NCBI GenBank assembly: GCA_037189525.1
Contig: JBBCJC010000001.1
Location: forward strand, 288,001 to 352,000
From: Gemmatimonadales bacterium
GTDB taxonomy: Bacteria; Gemmatimonadota; Gemmatimonadetes; Gemmatimonadales; GWC2-71-9
Length of the DNA stretch: 64,000 nt
Reading direction: 5' to 3'
Made by a program: the position numbers and the translations under genes
Notes under the pieces: generated by a model
What the model was told of the DNA's origin: nothing
The model's input: only the letters and a program-made list of their open reading frames with translations
The model's database searches: none
Part shown: positions 10,525-20,371 of the stretch, piece after piece
Layout of the letters: each line of letters opens with the position of its first letter
Numbering within the stretch: the first letter of the stretch is position 1

Positions 10525-11547
10525 ATGCGCGTCGACGATTTCGACTTCGAGCTTCCCCAGGAACTCATCGCCCAGACGCCGGCGCCCACCCGGCAGCAGA
10601 GTCGCTTGCTGACCGTGCGGCGCTCGGACGGCGTCATCGGCCACGCCGACTTTTCCGTCCTGCTCCACGAAATGGCAGCGGGCGACCTCCTCGTCCTCAA
10701 CTCCACCCGGGTCCGCCATGCCCGCCTGCTGGGCACCAGGCCGTCAGGCGCGCCGGCGGAGGTGCTGCTGATCCACCCGGGCACCGACGGCACCTGGGTC
10801 GCGATGGGCAAGCCGGGTCACGCGCTCCGTCCCGGTAAACGCATTGTTCTAGGCGACGGGATCGAGATCGAAACGGTCGAAGTGCTGGACGGGCCCAACC
10901 GGTTGGTGCGCTTCGTCGGCGGCACTGCGGACGCGGCCATGGCCCGCTTCGGCCGGCTGCCGTTGCCGCCGTACATTGCGCGGGAACCGGACGCGACCGA
11001 CGAGGATCGCTATCAGACCGTCTTTGCGGATCGGGAAGGCAGCGTGGCCGCGCCGACAGCCGGGCTCCATTTCGACTGGCCGCTCTTGTCGGCGCTGGAA
11101 GCGGCCGGAATCCGGGTCGAATATCTCGACCTGGAAGTCGGCCCGGGCACCTTCCGGCCGGTCGAAGTCGACGATCCTCGCGAGCATCCGATGCATCCCG
11201 AGAAGTTCCGGATTCCCGAGCGCCTCGCATCGGCCGTTGCGGATACCCGCCGGGCCGGGAAAGCGGTGTGGGCCGTCGGCACCACCGTAGTGCGGTCACT
11301 CGAAGCCGCTGCCGACGACCACGATACCGTGCGCCCGGGCGACCAGGAAACCAATCTCCTGATCCTGCCCGGCTACCGATTCAAGGTCGTCGACCGGCTG
11401 ATCACCAACTTTCACCTCCCCCGTTCCACGCTCTTCATGCTGGTCTCGGCCTTCGGAGGCACCGACCTGGTCCGCCAGGCCTACCAGACGGCCATTGCGC
11501 ATCGCTATCGGTTCTACTCCTACGGCGACGCGATGCTGCTCCGCTGA
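10525..11547 (+). CDS. queA: S-adenosylmethionine:tRNA ribosyltransferase-isomerase
   Basis: DFDFELPQELIAQ, PLPPYI, GSVAAPTAGLHF, TNFHLPRSTL, YRFYSYGDAM. Confidence 0.96.
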   Translation: MRVDDFDFELPQELIAQTPAPTRQQSRLLTVRRSDGVIGHADFSVLLHEMAAGDLLVLNSTRVRHARLLGTRPSGAPAEVLLIHPGTDGTWVAMGKPGHALRPGKRIVLGDGIEIETVEVLDGPNRLVRFVGGTADAAMARFGRLPLPPYIAREPDATDEDRYQTVFADREGSVAAPTAGLHFDWPLLSALEAAGIRVEYLDLEVGPGTFRPVEVDDPREHPMHPEKFRIPERLASAVADTRRAGKAVWAVGTTVVRSLEAAADDHDTVRPGDQETNLLILPGYRFKVVDRLITNFHLPRSTLFMLVSAFGGTDLVRQAYQTAIAHRYRFYSYGDAMLLR

Positions 11548-11559
11548 CGGACAGGGGCG

Positions 11560-11588
11560 GTTGCACAATCGTGGCACGGACGTGACAG
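11560..11588 (+). promoter_or_regulatory. Three 11-bp-spaced 7-mers, Pho-box-like
   Basis: GTTGCAC (11560), GTGGCAC (11571) and GTGACAG (11582) upstream of the phytase gene. Confidence 0.35.
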
Positions 11589-11640
11589 GCCTGAGGGCAG
11601 GCTTGGCGACTTTGCGCCCATCGCAAGCCTGGATCCTCGA

Positions 11641-12702
11641 ATGAAGCAGTTGCTGACACTCGCCGGCGCCACGCTGTTGGCTGCCTGCGCCGAATCGAAG
11701 CCCGCAGCCGACACCACCACGCCGCTGACGATTGCCGTGGTGGGTGAGGCATATCAGACCGAGCGCGACACGCTGCTCGATATCGATTCGCCGGCCGTCT
11801 GGCACGGGCCGAACGGCGAGCACTGGATGCTGGTGACGGCCAAGCATGGCGACATCATCCGTGTGGCCGACGCCTCGACCGGGAAAACGCTCCGCGATGT
11901 GGGCGGATCGGGCACCGGGCTGGGCCAGTTCGAACGGCCCAACGGCATTGCCGTGATCGACAGCCTGCTCTTTGTCGTGGAGCGCGACAACAGGCGGGTC
12001 CAGGTGATGACCCTGCCCTCCTTCCGACCGATCGGCAGCTACGGCACCCCCGAGCTGATCAAGCCATATGGCGTCGCGGTGCGGCAAGAGGCCCCGGGCG
12101 TCTACGACACCTGGATCACCGACAGCTACGAACTGGTCGAGGACCAGGTGCCGCCCGACAGCGCTCTCGGACGCCGGATTCGCCACTACCGGGTCAGCGT
12201 AGCTGGCGGATCGATCGAGACCACCATGGTCGCGGCCTTCGGCGACACCACCGGCGCCGGCGTGCTCCGGGTGGTGGAGTCGATTGCCGTCGACCCGCCC
12301 AACGACCGGCTGCTCATTGCCGAAGAGTTGGAGGGCGAATCGATGCTCAAGGTCTACACGATGGCCGGTCGGTTCACCGGCGACACGGTTGCCCGACGCT
12401 ATTTCCCGAATCAGGCCGAGGGAATCGCGCTCTTTGCCTGCAGCGACGGCGATGGGTATTGGATCACGACCGACCAGGGCAAGGGACGGAACACCTTCCA
12501 CCTGTTTGCCCGGAAGGATCTCGCATACCGGGGGTCGTTCCAGAGTCCCACCATCCTCAACACGGACGGCATCGCCCTGACCCAGGTGTCCTTCCCGGGC
12601 TTTCCGGCCGGCGCCTTCTTCGCCGTGCACGACGACGGCGGCGTCGCGGCCCTGTCCTGGGAGGCCATTGCCAAGGGGTTGGGACTCCGAATCAGCTGCT
12701 GA
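11641..12702 (+). CDS. Beta-propeller phytase-like lipoprotein
   Basis: Lipobox LAAC; DSPAVW, RPNGIAV, ESIAVD, QAEGIAL, GYWITTDQG, NTDGIAL, GAFFAVHDD. Confidence 0.75.
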   Translation: MKQLLTLAGATLLAACAESKPAADTTTPLTIAVVGEAYQTERDTLLDIDSPAVWHGPNGEHWMLVTAKHGDIIRVADASTGKTLRDVGGSGTGLGQFERPNGIAVIDSLLFVVERDNRRVQVMTLPSFRPIGSYGTPELIKPYGVAVRQEAPGVYDTWITDSYELVEDQVPPDSALGRRIRHYRVSVAGGSIETTMVAAFGDTTGAGVLRVVESIAVDPPNDRLLIAEELEGESMLKVYTMAGRFTGDTVARRYFPNQAEGIALFACSDGDGYWITTDQGKGRNTFHLFARKDLAYRGSFQSPTILNTDGIALTQVSFPGFPAGAFFAVHDDGGVAALSWEAIAKGLGLRISC

Positions 12703-12726
12703 CGGTACGGCGGTCGGCTCCACCTC

Positions 12727-12772
12727 ATAATCGACGCCCGGCAGACGAACGCTGCCGTGCGTCGACTATTTT
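12727..12772 (+). terminator. Probable intrinsic terminator after the phytase gene
   Basis: TCGACGC-C-CGGCAG / CTGCCG-T-GCGTCGA hairpin followed by CTATTTT. Confidence 0.55.
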
Positions 12773-12794
12773 GGGCTGACCCGGTCCCGTTGCC

Positions 12795-13715
12795 ATGCAT
12801 ATCGTCCTGCTCTACCACCAGCGCATCCCGATCGAGCGATACGGCGGCACCGAACGCGTCGTGGTCTGGCACGCCCGCGGCCTGGTGGAGCTGGGACATC
12901 GTGTCACCCTGATCGGGCCGCCCGGCTGCCGGGTACCCGATGTCGGCTACACCCCGGTCGACTCGACCGCCGTGGCGCAGTGGGACTTCGACATCCGTCC
13001 CTACCTTCCGCCGGACGCCGACCTGATTCATGCGCACCGACCGTTCGTGCCGATTGCGGAGCTGCCGTCGGTCTGGACCATGCATGGGCTGCGCACCAGC
13101 AGCCGGACCTACCCCGCCGGGATGATCTGCCTCTCCCGCGACCACGCCGCGCGGCTGGGTTGCTCGACCTACGTCTACAATGGGCTCGACCCCGCCGAGT
13201 ATCGCTTCGAGCCCATCAAAGGGAACTACGACCTGTTTCTGGGCCGGCTCCGCACCATCAAGGGATGGCGCTGGGCCATCGATGGCGCGCGCCGCACTCG
13301 GAAAAAGCTGATCATCGCGGGCGCCTGGCGACCGTCGCTCCGCCCCGGCCTCAGATTCGTCGGCGAGGTCGGCGGCGCCGAAAAGCGAGACCTGATTGCC
13401 TTGGCGCAGTGTCTCTGGATGCCCGCGCTCTGGGACGAACCGTTCGGTCTCACCCTGATCGAGGCCATGGCCAGCGGAACTCCCGTTCTCGGCACCAGGC
13501 GCGGGGCGTTGCCCGAGATCGTCACCCCGGAGTGCGGCGCTCTGGGCGACACCCTCGACGAACTGGTCGACCTCCGGGCCGTGATCGACCGGCTCGACCC
13601 CAAAGCAGGCCGCGCCCGCGTCCTGGCGCATTTCACCCATCGGATCATGGCGGAAGGGTACCTGGCCGTCTACCGGCACCTGCTCGACACCGGGACCCTG
13701 CCAGCCCATCTTTGA
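12795..13715 (+). CDS. GT4 family glycosyltransferase (AviGT4-like)
   Basis: YGGTERVV, YNGLD, FLGRLRTIKG, WDEPFGLTLIEAMASGTPV. Confidence 0.85.
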   Translation: MHIVLLYHQRIPIERYGGTERVVVWHARGLVELGHRVTLIGPPGCRVPDVGYTPVDSTAVAQWDFDIRPYLPPDADLIHAHRPFVPIAELPSVWTMHGLRTSSRTYPAGMICLSRDHAARLGCSTYVYNGLDPAEYRFEPIKGNYDLFLGRLRTIKGWRWAIDGARRTRKKLIIAGAWRPSLRPGLRFVGEVGGAEKRDLIALAQCLWMPALWDEPFGLTLIEAMASGTPVLGTRRGALPEIVTPECGALGDTLDELVDLRAVIDRLDPKAGRARVLAHFTHRIMAEGYLAVYRHLLDTGTLPAHL

Positions 13716-13721
13716 CCCCCC

Positions 13722-14861
13722 ATGTTCGAATTCGAGCTGAACGCCACCGACGAGCGGGCGCGCGCCGGGCGCCTTCGACTGCCCCACGGCATCGTGGAAA
13801 CTCCGGCGTTCATGCCGGTCGGCACGCTGGGTGCCGTGCGCGGCCTGCATCCGCTCGAGGTCGAGCGAGCCGGCGCGCAGATCATCCTGGGCAATACCTA
13901 TCACCTCCACCTGCGTCCCGGTGAAGAGGTGGTGCGCACCATGGGCGGGTTGCACCGGTTCACCACCTGGCCCCGCCCGATGCTGACCGACTCGGGCGGC
14001 TTTCAGGTCTTCTCGCTGGCAACGCTGCGCAAGATCGCCGAAGAGGGGGTCGAGTTTACCAGCCACGTCGACGGGAGCCGCCGGTTTCTGACCCCCGAAA
14101 GCGCCATGGAGATCCAGTACGCGCTGGGGGCCGACATCGCGATGGCCTTCGACCACGTGGTGCCGGGCGGCGCCGATCGGTCGCTGGCGGAAGAAGGAAT
14201 GAAGCGGAGTCTCCGCTGGCTCGAGCGCTGCCGGATTCGGCATCAGGCGCTCACGGCGGACGACCAGGATCGCCAGACGCTCTGGCCCATCATCCAGGGT
14301 GGCACCTTCGACGACTTGCGGCGCCAGTCGCTGGAGGGCACGCTGACGCTGGGCGACTGGACCGGGACGGCCATCGGCGGGCTCTCGGTCGGCGAGCCCA
14401 AACCCGTGATGCATCGCATCTTGGATGAGCTCGAACCGGGCCTGCCCCGAGACCGCCCCCGTTATCTTATGGGGGTTGGGTTCCCCGAGGATCTGGTCGA
14501 GGGAATCGCGCGGGGGGTCGACCTGTTCGACTGCGTCGCGGCCACTCGGAACGGGCGGCACGGTAGCGCGTGGACGATGCAGGGGCGCGTCAACATCCGG
14601 AAAGCGGCACACCGGACCGCCGACGAGCCGCTCGACCCGACCTGCGACTGTGAAACCTGCCAGCGGTTTTCCCGGAGCTACCTCCGTCACCTGTTCGTGG
14701 CCGAGGAAATCCTGGGGCTCCGGCTGGTCGCGCTCCACAATATCCGGTTCCTGATCCGAATCGGTGAGCAGGCCAGGACGGCAATCCTGGAAGGGCGTTT
14801 TCAGAACTGGCGCCGCGAATGGCACGCGGCTTACTCAAACGGCAGTGAGACGACGACATGA
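13722..14861 (+). CDS. tgt: tRNA-guanine transglycosylase
   Basis: TPAFMPVGT, LGNTYHL, TDSGGFQVFSL, GLSVGE, RYLMGVG, CDCETC zinc site. Confidence 0.96.
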   Translation: MFEFELNATDERARAGRLRLPHGIVETPAFMPVGTLGAVRGLHPLEVERAGAQIILGNTYHLHLRPGEEVVRTMGGLHRFTTWPRPMLTDSGGFQVFSLATLRKIAEEGVEFTSHVDGSRRFLTPESAMEIQYALGADIAMAFDHVVPGGADRSLAEEGMKRSLRWLERCRIRHQALTADDQDRQTLWPIIQGGTFDDLRRQSLEGTLTLGDWTGTAIGGLSVGEPKPVMHRILDELEPGLPRDRPRYLMGVGFPEDLVEGIARGVDLFDCVAATRNGRHGSAWTMQGRVNIRKAAHRTADEPLDPTCDCETCQRFSRSYLRHLFVAEEILGLRLVALHNIRFLIRIGEQARTAILEGRFQNWRREWHAAYSNGSETTT

Positions 14862-15199
14862 CGATGCACACCTTGTTTGCGCTTGCGTTCGCAGCACCGG
14901 CCGAAGGCAGCGGTGGCAGCGGGCTCATGGTGTTGTTCATCCAGTTCGGCGCCCTGATCGCGATCTTCTACTTCCTGCTGATCCGGCCGCAGAGCCAGGC
15001 GCGGAAGAAGCATGCCCAGCTGCTGGCCGGTCTCAAGCGGAACGACGAGATCATCACCGCCGGCGGCATCATCGGCAAAGTAAAGAACATCAACGAGAAC
15101 AAGGTCACGATCGAGAGCGGCAACGCCGAACTGATCATCGAACGTTCTCGGATCATCCAGGTGGGCGGCGAAGTGTCTCCCACCGCCACGCAACAGTAG
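14858..15199 (+). CDS. yajC: Preprotein translocase subunit YajC
   Basis: FYFLLIRPQ, DEIITAGGIIGKV; follows tgt. Confidence 0.93.
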   Translation: MTMHTLFALAFAAPAEGSGGSGLMVLFIQFGALIAIFYFLLIRPQSQARKKHAQLLAGLKRNDEIITAGGIIGKVKNINENKVTIESGNAELIIERSRIIQVGGEVSPTATQQ

Positions 15200-15214
15200 G
15201 AGCTGCAGGACACG

Positions 15215-15748
15215 ATGGCGCTGCTCGATATCCACCTGCTGGGCTCCCCGATCCTCCGCAAGCAAGCGGCCGAGGTCACGGAGGTCGACGACGCGCTGCG
15301 CCAGTTCATCGACGATCTCTTCGAGACGATGGACGCCGCGGAAGGGGTCGGTCTGGCCGCGACTCAGGTCGGCGTGGCCAAGCGGGTGGCTGTAGTTGGT
15401 ATCGAGGACGACCGGTTCGTGATGATCAATCCGGTCCTCTCGAAGCTCGAAGGACGGGTCCGTGGCGAAGAGGGCTGTCTCTCGGTGCCCGACGTGTCGG
15501 GCGAAGTGATCCGCGCCGAGCGGCTGGTGCTCGAAGCGCTGGATCGCGACGGCAAGCCGTACCGGCGGGAACTCGAAGGGTACACGGCGCGCGCCGTCCA
15601 GCACGAGGTCGATCACCTGGACGGCGTGATGTTCTTCGATCACCTGAGCCTGCTCAAGCGCGAACTGCTGCTCCGCCGCTGGAAGAAAGACAACCCCAAC
15701 GCCGGCCTGACGCGGAAGATCGTCCCGAAGACCGCCCAGCAGCCCTAG
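15215..15748 (+). CDS. def: Peptide deformylase
   Basis: GVGLAATQVG, EGCLS, QHEVDHLDG. Confidence 0.96.
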   Translation: MALLDIHLLGSPILRKQAAEVTEVDDALRQFIDDLFETMDAAEGVGLAATQVGVAKRVAVVGIEDDRFVMINPVLSKLEGRVRGEEGCLSVPDVSGEVIRAERLVLEALDRDGKPYRRELEGYTARAVQHEVDHLDGVMFFDHLSLLKRELLLRRWKKDNPNAGLTRKIVPKTAQQP

Positions 15749-16672
15749 ATGCGGATCGTGTTTTTCGGCACCCCGGATTTTGCGGTGCCGAGCCTGGAAG
15801 CCCTGGTTGCTGCGCACCACGCCGTCGTCCTCGCCGTTACCCAGCCGGATCGTCCGCGGGGCCGCTCCCGCTCCAATCTGATGCCGCCGCCGGTCAAGGC
15901 CCGCGCCGAATCGCTGGCGATTCCGGTGCTGCAGCCGGACCGTCCGCGCGGCGAAGAGTTCGAAGCCGCCTTGCGCGCCGCCCACGCCGATCTCGGCGTC
16001 GTGGTGGCTTATGGGCACATCCTCAAGCCCGAGGTCCTGGCCATTCCGCGGCTCGGCATGATCAACGTCCACGCGAGCCTGCTGCCCGTGTGGCGCGGCG
16101 CCGGGCCGATCCAGGCGGCCATCGCGGCGGGCGACCTGACTACCGGCGTGACCATCATGCAGATGGAAGCCGGACTCGACAGTGGCCCGGCCATCCTGAC
16201 CCGTTCGGTACCGATCAAGCCTCACGAAACCACCGGCGAGTTGACCCCGCGCCTCGCCCGCCTGGGAGCGGATGCGCTGGTCGAAGCCGTGGCGCTGCTC
16301 GATGCGGGGCAAGCGACCTTTGCCGCGCAGGACCACAATCGCGCCAGCTACGCATCCAAGGTGACCCGGCAGTCGGCCCGGATCGACTGGAGCGGGTCGG
16401 CTCAGCGGGTGGCCAATCACATCCGCGCGTTCGACCCCGCGCCGGGCGCCTGGTCGTCGACCGGACGGACCGAAGTGAAGTTCTTCCGCCCGGAGGTCGT
16501 GGCCGGCGAGGGCGCTCCCGGCACGGTGCTGAGCCTCACGCCGACGCTGACGATTGCCGCGGGTGGAGCGGCGGTGACAATCGGTGAGGTCCAACCCTCG
16601 GGCAAGAGCCGAATGCGGGCGACCGAGTGGCTCCGCGGTAATCCGATCGCCCCGGGCGACCGGCTGATTTGA
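15749..16672 (+). CDS. fmt: Methionyl-tRNA formyltransferase
   Basis: FFGTPDFA, VTQPDRP, INVHASLLP, GLDSG. Confidence 0.96.
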   Translation: MRIVFFGTPDFAVPSLEALVAAHHAVVLAVTQPDRPRGRSRSNLMPPPVKARAESLAIPVLQPDRPRGEEFEAALRAAHADLGVVVAYGHILKPEVLAIPRLGMINVHASLLPVWRGAGPIQAAIAAGDLTTGVTIMQMEAGLDSGPAILTRSVPIKPHETTGELTPRLARLGADALVEAVALLDAGQATFAAQDHNRASYASKVTRQSARIDWSGSAQRVANHIRAFDPAPGAWSSTGRTEVKFFRPEVVAGEGAPGTVLSLTPTLTIAAGGAAVTIGEVQPSGKSRMRATEWLRGNPIAPGDRLI

Positions 16673-17301
16673 CGCCCATGCGGCCCCTGCCCCGGGTGCT
16701 CGCGGTGACCGATTCCGCGATCGTCGCGGCGGACGATTTTCCGATCCGCACTGCAGCGATTGCGGCGGCCGGGCCGGCCATCGGCATCGTCGTGCGACAC
16801 CCTGGCGGAAGTTCGGCCGAGCAGCTCGCGGCGCTGGACCGAGTCCGCGCGCTGGCCCGCCCGCCTGAAGCCGCCACGATCGCGCACGGCGACCCGGCAT
16901 TGGCTAGGATAGGGGGAGCCCACGGCGTCCAGCTCCGTGACCGGGATCTGGCCCCCGGGGATGCCCGGACCGTTTTGGGCGACGGATGGATCGGGCTATC
17001 GGTGCATTCGGTCGACGAGGCCCGCGCCGCGCGCGACGCCGGGGTCGACTATCTGGTGGCCGGCGCCATTTTCGAGACGCCGTCGCACCCCGGCCAACCG
17101 GGACGGGGCCTCGACTGGCTGGCGGAGGTGGTTGCCGTCGGAGTTCCGGTCTTTGCCATCGGCGGCGTCACCCCGGAACGGCTTCCCTCGCTGCGCACCG
17201 CGGGGGCATGGGGCATTGCCGCCATCGGCGCCCTGTGGCGGGCCGCGGATTCGGCCAAGGCGGCCGATCAGTTGGTGCGCATCTGGAGTGAGGAGCCATG
17301 A
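16669..17301 (+). CDS. thiE: Thiamine phosphate synthase (ThiE/TenI family)
   Basis: AHGVQL, IGLSVHS, DYLVAGAIFETPSHPG, PVFAIGGV; next to thiS and thiG. Confidence 0.75.
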   Translation: MTPMRPLPRVLAVTDSAIVAADDFPIRTAAIAAAGPAIGIVVRHPGGSSAEQLAALDRVRALARPPEAATIAHGDPALARIGGAHGVQLRDRDLAPGDARTVLGDGWIGLSVHSVDEARAARDAGVDYLVAGAIFETPSHPGQPGRGLDWLAEVVAVGVPVFAIGGVTPERLPSLRTAGAWGIAAIGALWRAADSAKAADQLVRIWSEEP

Positions 17302-17498
17302 ACCTGACCGTCAACGGCGAGCCGAAAACCTTCGAGTCGGTCGCCACCCTGACCGATCTGCTCGCGGCGCTGGGCCTCGACGCCCGCGCCGTCGTGGTCG
17401 AACACAATCGCGCCATCGTCCGGCGACCGGCCCTGGCCGACACGGCCGTTCGCGACGGCGACACCATCGAGATCGTCCACTTCGTCGGCGGCGGCTGA
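17298..17498 (+). CDS. thiS: Sulfur carrier protein ThiS
   Basis: 66 aa, VNGE start, C-terminal EIVHFVGGG. Confidence 0.93.
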   Translation: MNLTVNGEPKTFESVATLTDLLAALGLDARAVVVEHNRAIVRRPALADTAVRDGDTIEIVHFVGGG

Positions 17499-17527
17499 GC
17501 AGCCGGATCGCCGGGAAAGAGTGACCT

Positions 17528-18301
17528 ATGCAGGACCAACTGACCATCGGCGGCGTGACCTTTCGGTCGCGCCTCTTCGTCGGCACCGGGAAGTACCGCA
17601 GCAACACCGAGATGCTCGACGCCATCCGGACCTCGGGGGCGGATTGTGTCACCGTGGCGGTGCGCCGCGTCGACCTGAATCGGGGTAACGAGGAAGGCAT
17701 CCTCCATCATCTCGACCCAAAAGAATATTTCCTGCTGGCCAACACCGCCGGCTGCTACACCGCCGACGAAGCGATCCGCTATGCCCGGCTGGCGCGTGAG
17801 GCGGGCTTCAACGAGTTCGTCAAACTCGAAGTCATCGGCGACAAGGAAACCCTGCTGCCCGATACCGAGGGGCTGCTGGAAGCGAGCCGGGTGCTGGTCA
17901 AAGAGGGCTTCAAGGTCCTGGCCTACACCAACGACGATCTGATCACGGCGCTCCGCCTCGAGGACGCAGGCTGCGCAGCCGTGATGCCCCTCGCCTCCCC
18001 GATCGGCTCGGGGCTCGGCCTGCTCAATCCGTACAGCATCCGGACCATCAAGCGCCGGCTCCAGGTGCCGATCATCGTCGACGCGGGTGTCGGCACGGCG
18101 TCGGACGCCTGCCTGGTCATGGAACAGGGGGTCGACGGCATTCTGATGAACACCGCCCTGGCCGAAGCCACGGATCCGGTGCTGATGGCGGCCGCGATGC
18201 GCGACGCGACGGCCGCTGGACGCGCTGCGTACCTTGCAGGCCGGATGCACCGGCGCGAAATCGCGGTGCCTTCGACTCCCGATCGCGGCAAGCTGGACTG
18301 A
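17528..18301 (+). CDS. thiG: Thiazole synthase
   Basis: SRLFVGTGKY, NTAGC, KLEVIGD, MPLASPIGSG, DAGVG. Confidence 0.96.
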   Translation: MQDQLTIGGVTFRSRLFVGTGKYRSNTEMLDAIRTSGADCVTVAVRRVDLNRGNEEGILHHLDPKEYFLLANTAGCYTADEAIRYARLAREAGFNEFVKLEVIGDKETLLPDTEGLLEASRVLVKEGFKVLAYTNDDLITALRLEDAGCAAVMPLASPIGSGLGLLNPYSIRTIKRRLQVPIIVDAGVGTASDACLVMEQGVDGILMNTALAEATDPVLMAAAMRDATAAGRAAYLAGRMHRREIAVPSTPDRGKLD

Positions 18302-18304
18302 CGG

Positions 18305-19597
18305 TTGAGTCGAGAGACCGGCCTCACCCCGCGGTTTGCCGCCTGGCGGATCCTCCACGACGTCCGCCTGGGTGTTCCCTTCGACGTGGCCCTGGGCCGC
18401 GCCATCGTCGGCCTCGAACCCGACGATCGCCGGCTGACCCATCAGCTGGCCGCGGGCGTGTTCCGGATGCGCAGCCAGCTGGACAGCATCCTCGAAGGTG
18501 CCGTGTCCCGCGGCACCGCGAGCGTCAAACCGGATACGCTCGACGTGCTGCGCATCGGCGTGTTTCAGTTGCGCGCCCTGGATCGGATCCCGGCCCACGC
18601 GGCGGTGCAGACCTCGGTCGAGGCAGCCCGGCGGGTCGGCGGTGAAAAGGTGGCCGGTTTCGTCAACGCGGTGCTCCGGCGAGTAGCGGCCCAACCCGCG
18701 GCGTTCGACGCGGTGCCTCCGGATCTTGCCGCCGAGCACTCGCATCCGCCCTGGCTGGTCGAACGCTGGCTTGCCCAACTCGGCGAAACGGACACGACCC
18801 GCCGGTTGGAATGGAACAACACCCAGCCGCCGCTCATCCTCCAGCCGGCCCGCTGGCCGATGGATCGGCTGCTCCGGGAACTCGACGCCGCGGGGGTAGA
18901 CTACCACCACGCGCCCTACGGAGCTGGCGTGGTCGTATCGGTGCGGAGTCCCACCGAGATCCCCGGCTTCGCCGACGGCGGCTTCGTCGTCCAGGACTCG
19001 GCGCAGCGGCTGGTCGCCCAGTTCTGCGAACCTGGCGGTGGTGTCCTGTACGACGCCTGCGCCTCGCCCGGTGGCAAGACGGTGGCCCTGGCCGGCCGGT
19101 CCCGCCAGATCATAGCCGCCGACCGGACCAGGGCCCGGGTTGCCCGGCTCCGGGAGACGGTCGAACGGGCCGCGGCGGGCGTGGTCTGGCCGATCCGGGC
19201 AGACGCCGCAGCGCCGCCGCTCAAACGGGTCGATGCCGTGTTGCTCGACGTTCCCTGCCTGGGCACCGGAACTTTTGCGCGAAACCCAGACGCTCGCTGG
19301 CGGGTCACGCCCGACGCCCTGAAGGACCTGGCGGCGCAGGCCCATCGCTTCCTCGGAGCGGTCGCGGAAATCGTCGCCCCGGGTGGTCTGTTATTATTCG
19401 CGACATGCTCCCTCGAGCCGGAAGAGAACGAGTGGCAGATCGATCGGTTCCTGGCCGAGGACGGACGGTTCCGCCGGGACCCCGGGAAGGCGGTCCCCGC
19501 TGAGTTACTCAGTCCGGCCGGCGACCTCGTCCTGCTGCCCGAACGGCATGGGACCGATGGCGCCTATGCCGCACGCCTGCGCAAACTGACGGAATGA
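18305..19597 (+). CDS. rsmB: 16S rRNA m5C967 methyltransferase RsmB (NusB-like N-domain)
   Basis: FVNAVLR, HSHPPWL, VQDSAQ, DACASPGGKT, LDVPCLGTG, ATCSLEPEENE. Confidence 0.92.
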   Translation: MSRETGLTPRFAAWRILHDVRLGVPFDVALGRAIVGLEPDDRRLTHQLAAGVFRMRSQLDSILEGAVSRGTASVKPDTLDVLRIGVFQLRALDRIPAHAAVQTSVEAARRVGGEKVAGFVNAVLRRVAAQPAAFDAVPPDLAAEHSHPPWLVERWLAQLGETDTTRRLEWNNTQPPLILQPARWPMDRLLRELDAAGVDYHHAPYGAGVVVSVRSPTEIPGFADGGFVVQDSAQRLVAQFCEPGGGVLYDACASPGGKTVALAGRSRQIIAADRTRARVARLRETVERAAAGVVWPIRADAAAPPLKRVDAVLLDVPCLGTGTFARNPDARWRVTPDALKDLAAQAHRFLGAVAEIVAPGGLLLFATCSLEPEENEWQIDRFLAEDGRFRRDPGKAVPAELLSPAGDLVLLPERHGTDGAYAARLRKLTE

Positions 19598-20370
19598 CCC
19601 GAAAGAATCCGGTCGCGCGCCGTACGACCACCCGTCGCTCCTGGTTACCCAAAACGGTACCGGGACGGCGGCGTCTGATGACGCTCGTCGTGCTGCTGGC
19701 CGCCGGCGCCGCCGGGTATCTGGCCACCTGCATTGCCTATCCCACACCGGTGTTCCGTCGGGATCATGCGGTGCCGCGGGTCATCGGCCTGCCCATCACC
19801 GACGCCGAACGGCTGCTCACCAACCAGGGATTTCGGGCCCATGTGGTGGGCGACGAACCCGATCCCGACGTACCGGGCGGCGCCGTCCTCTGGCAGGATC
19901 CGCCGCCCGACCTGATTGCGCCGCTAGGCACGACCGTCGACCTGACCCGGAGTACGGGGCCTGCCCCGGTGCCGGTCCCGGACGTGAGCGATTTCGAACT
20001 GGAGGACGCCCGCCGGGTCCTGACAGCGGCGGGCCTGCTGGCGGGTAGCGTCGACAGCGTACCAAGCGGCACGCCGCCCGGGATCGTGACCGGCACCCGT
20101 CCGCCCGCCGGCTCGGCCCGCCCGCCGGGTACCGCCGTCGACATCCTGGTCAGCCAGGGTACCAGCGGAGCCAGCGTACCGAACGTGGTGGGGCTCCGCC
20201 AGGACGAAGCCGAGCGGCAGCTGCAGGCCGCCGGATTTCAGGTCGGCCGCGTCCTCCGCGCCGAAGGCCGCCGAGGTCCGCCGGGCACCGTGGTAGAACA
20301 ACGTCCCAATGCCGGCACGCCGGCGCCGCGCCGAGCGCGCGTGGATCTGACCGTGACCGAGGTACTGTGA
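19594..20370 (+). CDS. Membrane-anchored PASTA-repeat protein without kinase domain
   Basis: Basic N-terminus, one TM segment, three VP-x-V-x-[GD] PASTA-like repeats. Confidence 0.85.
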   Translation: MTRKNPVARRTTTRRSWLPKTVPGRRRLMTLVVLLAAGAAGYLATCIAYPTPVFRRDHAVPRVIGLPITDAERLLTNQGFRAHVVGDEPDPDVPGGAVLWQDPPPDLIAPLGTTVDLTRSTGPAPVPVPDVSDFELEDARRVLTAAGLLAGSVDSVPSGTPPGIVTGTRPPAGSARPPGTAVDILVSQGTSGASVPNVVGLRQDEAERQLQAAGFQVGRVLRAEGRRGPPGTVVEQRPNAGTPAPRRARVDLTVTEVL

Positions 20371-20371
20371 G

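Noticed and set aside
10511..13721. preQ1 riboswitch near queA/tgt
   Set aside because: The spacers before queA (14 bp) and tgt (6 bp) are too short and no preQ1 consensus is visible.
12411..19345. Very long antisense ORFs (12411..14825, 14831..16900, 17168..19345) and similar ones elsewhere
   Set aside because: These are shadows of well-supported genes on the opposite strand, expected at high GC, with no protein motifs.
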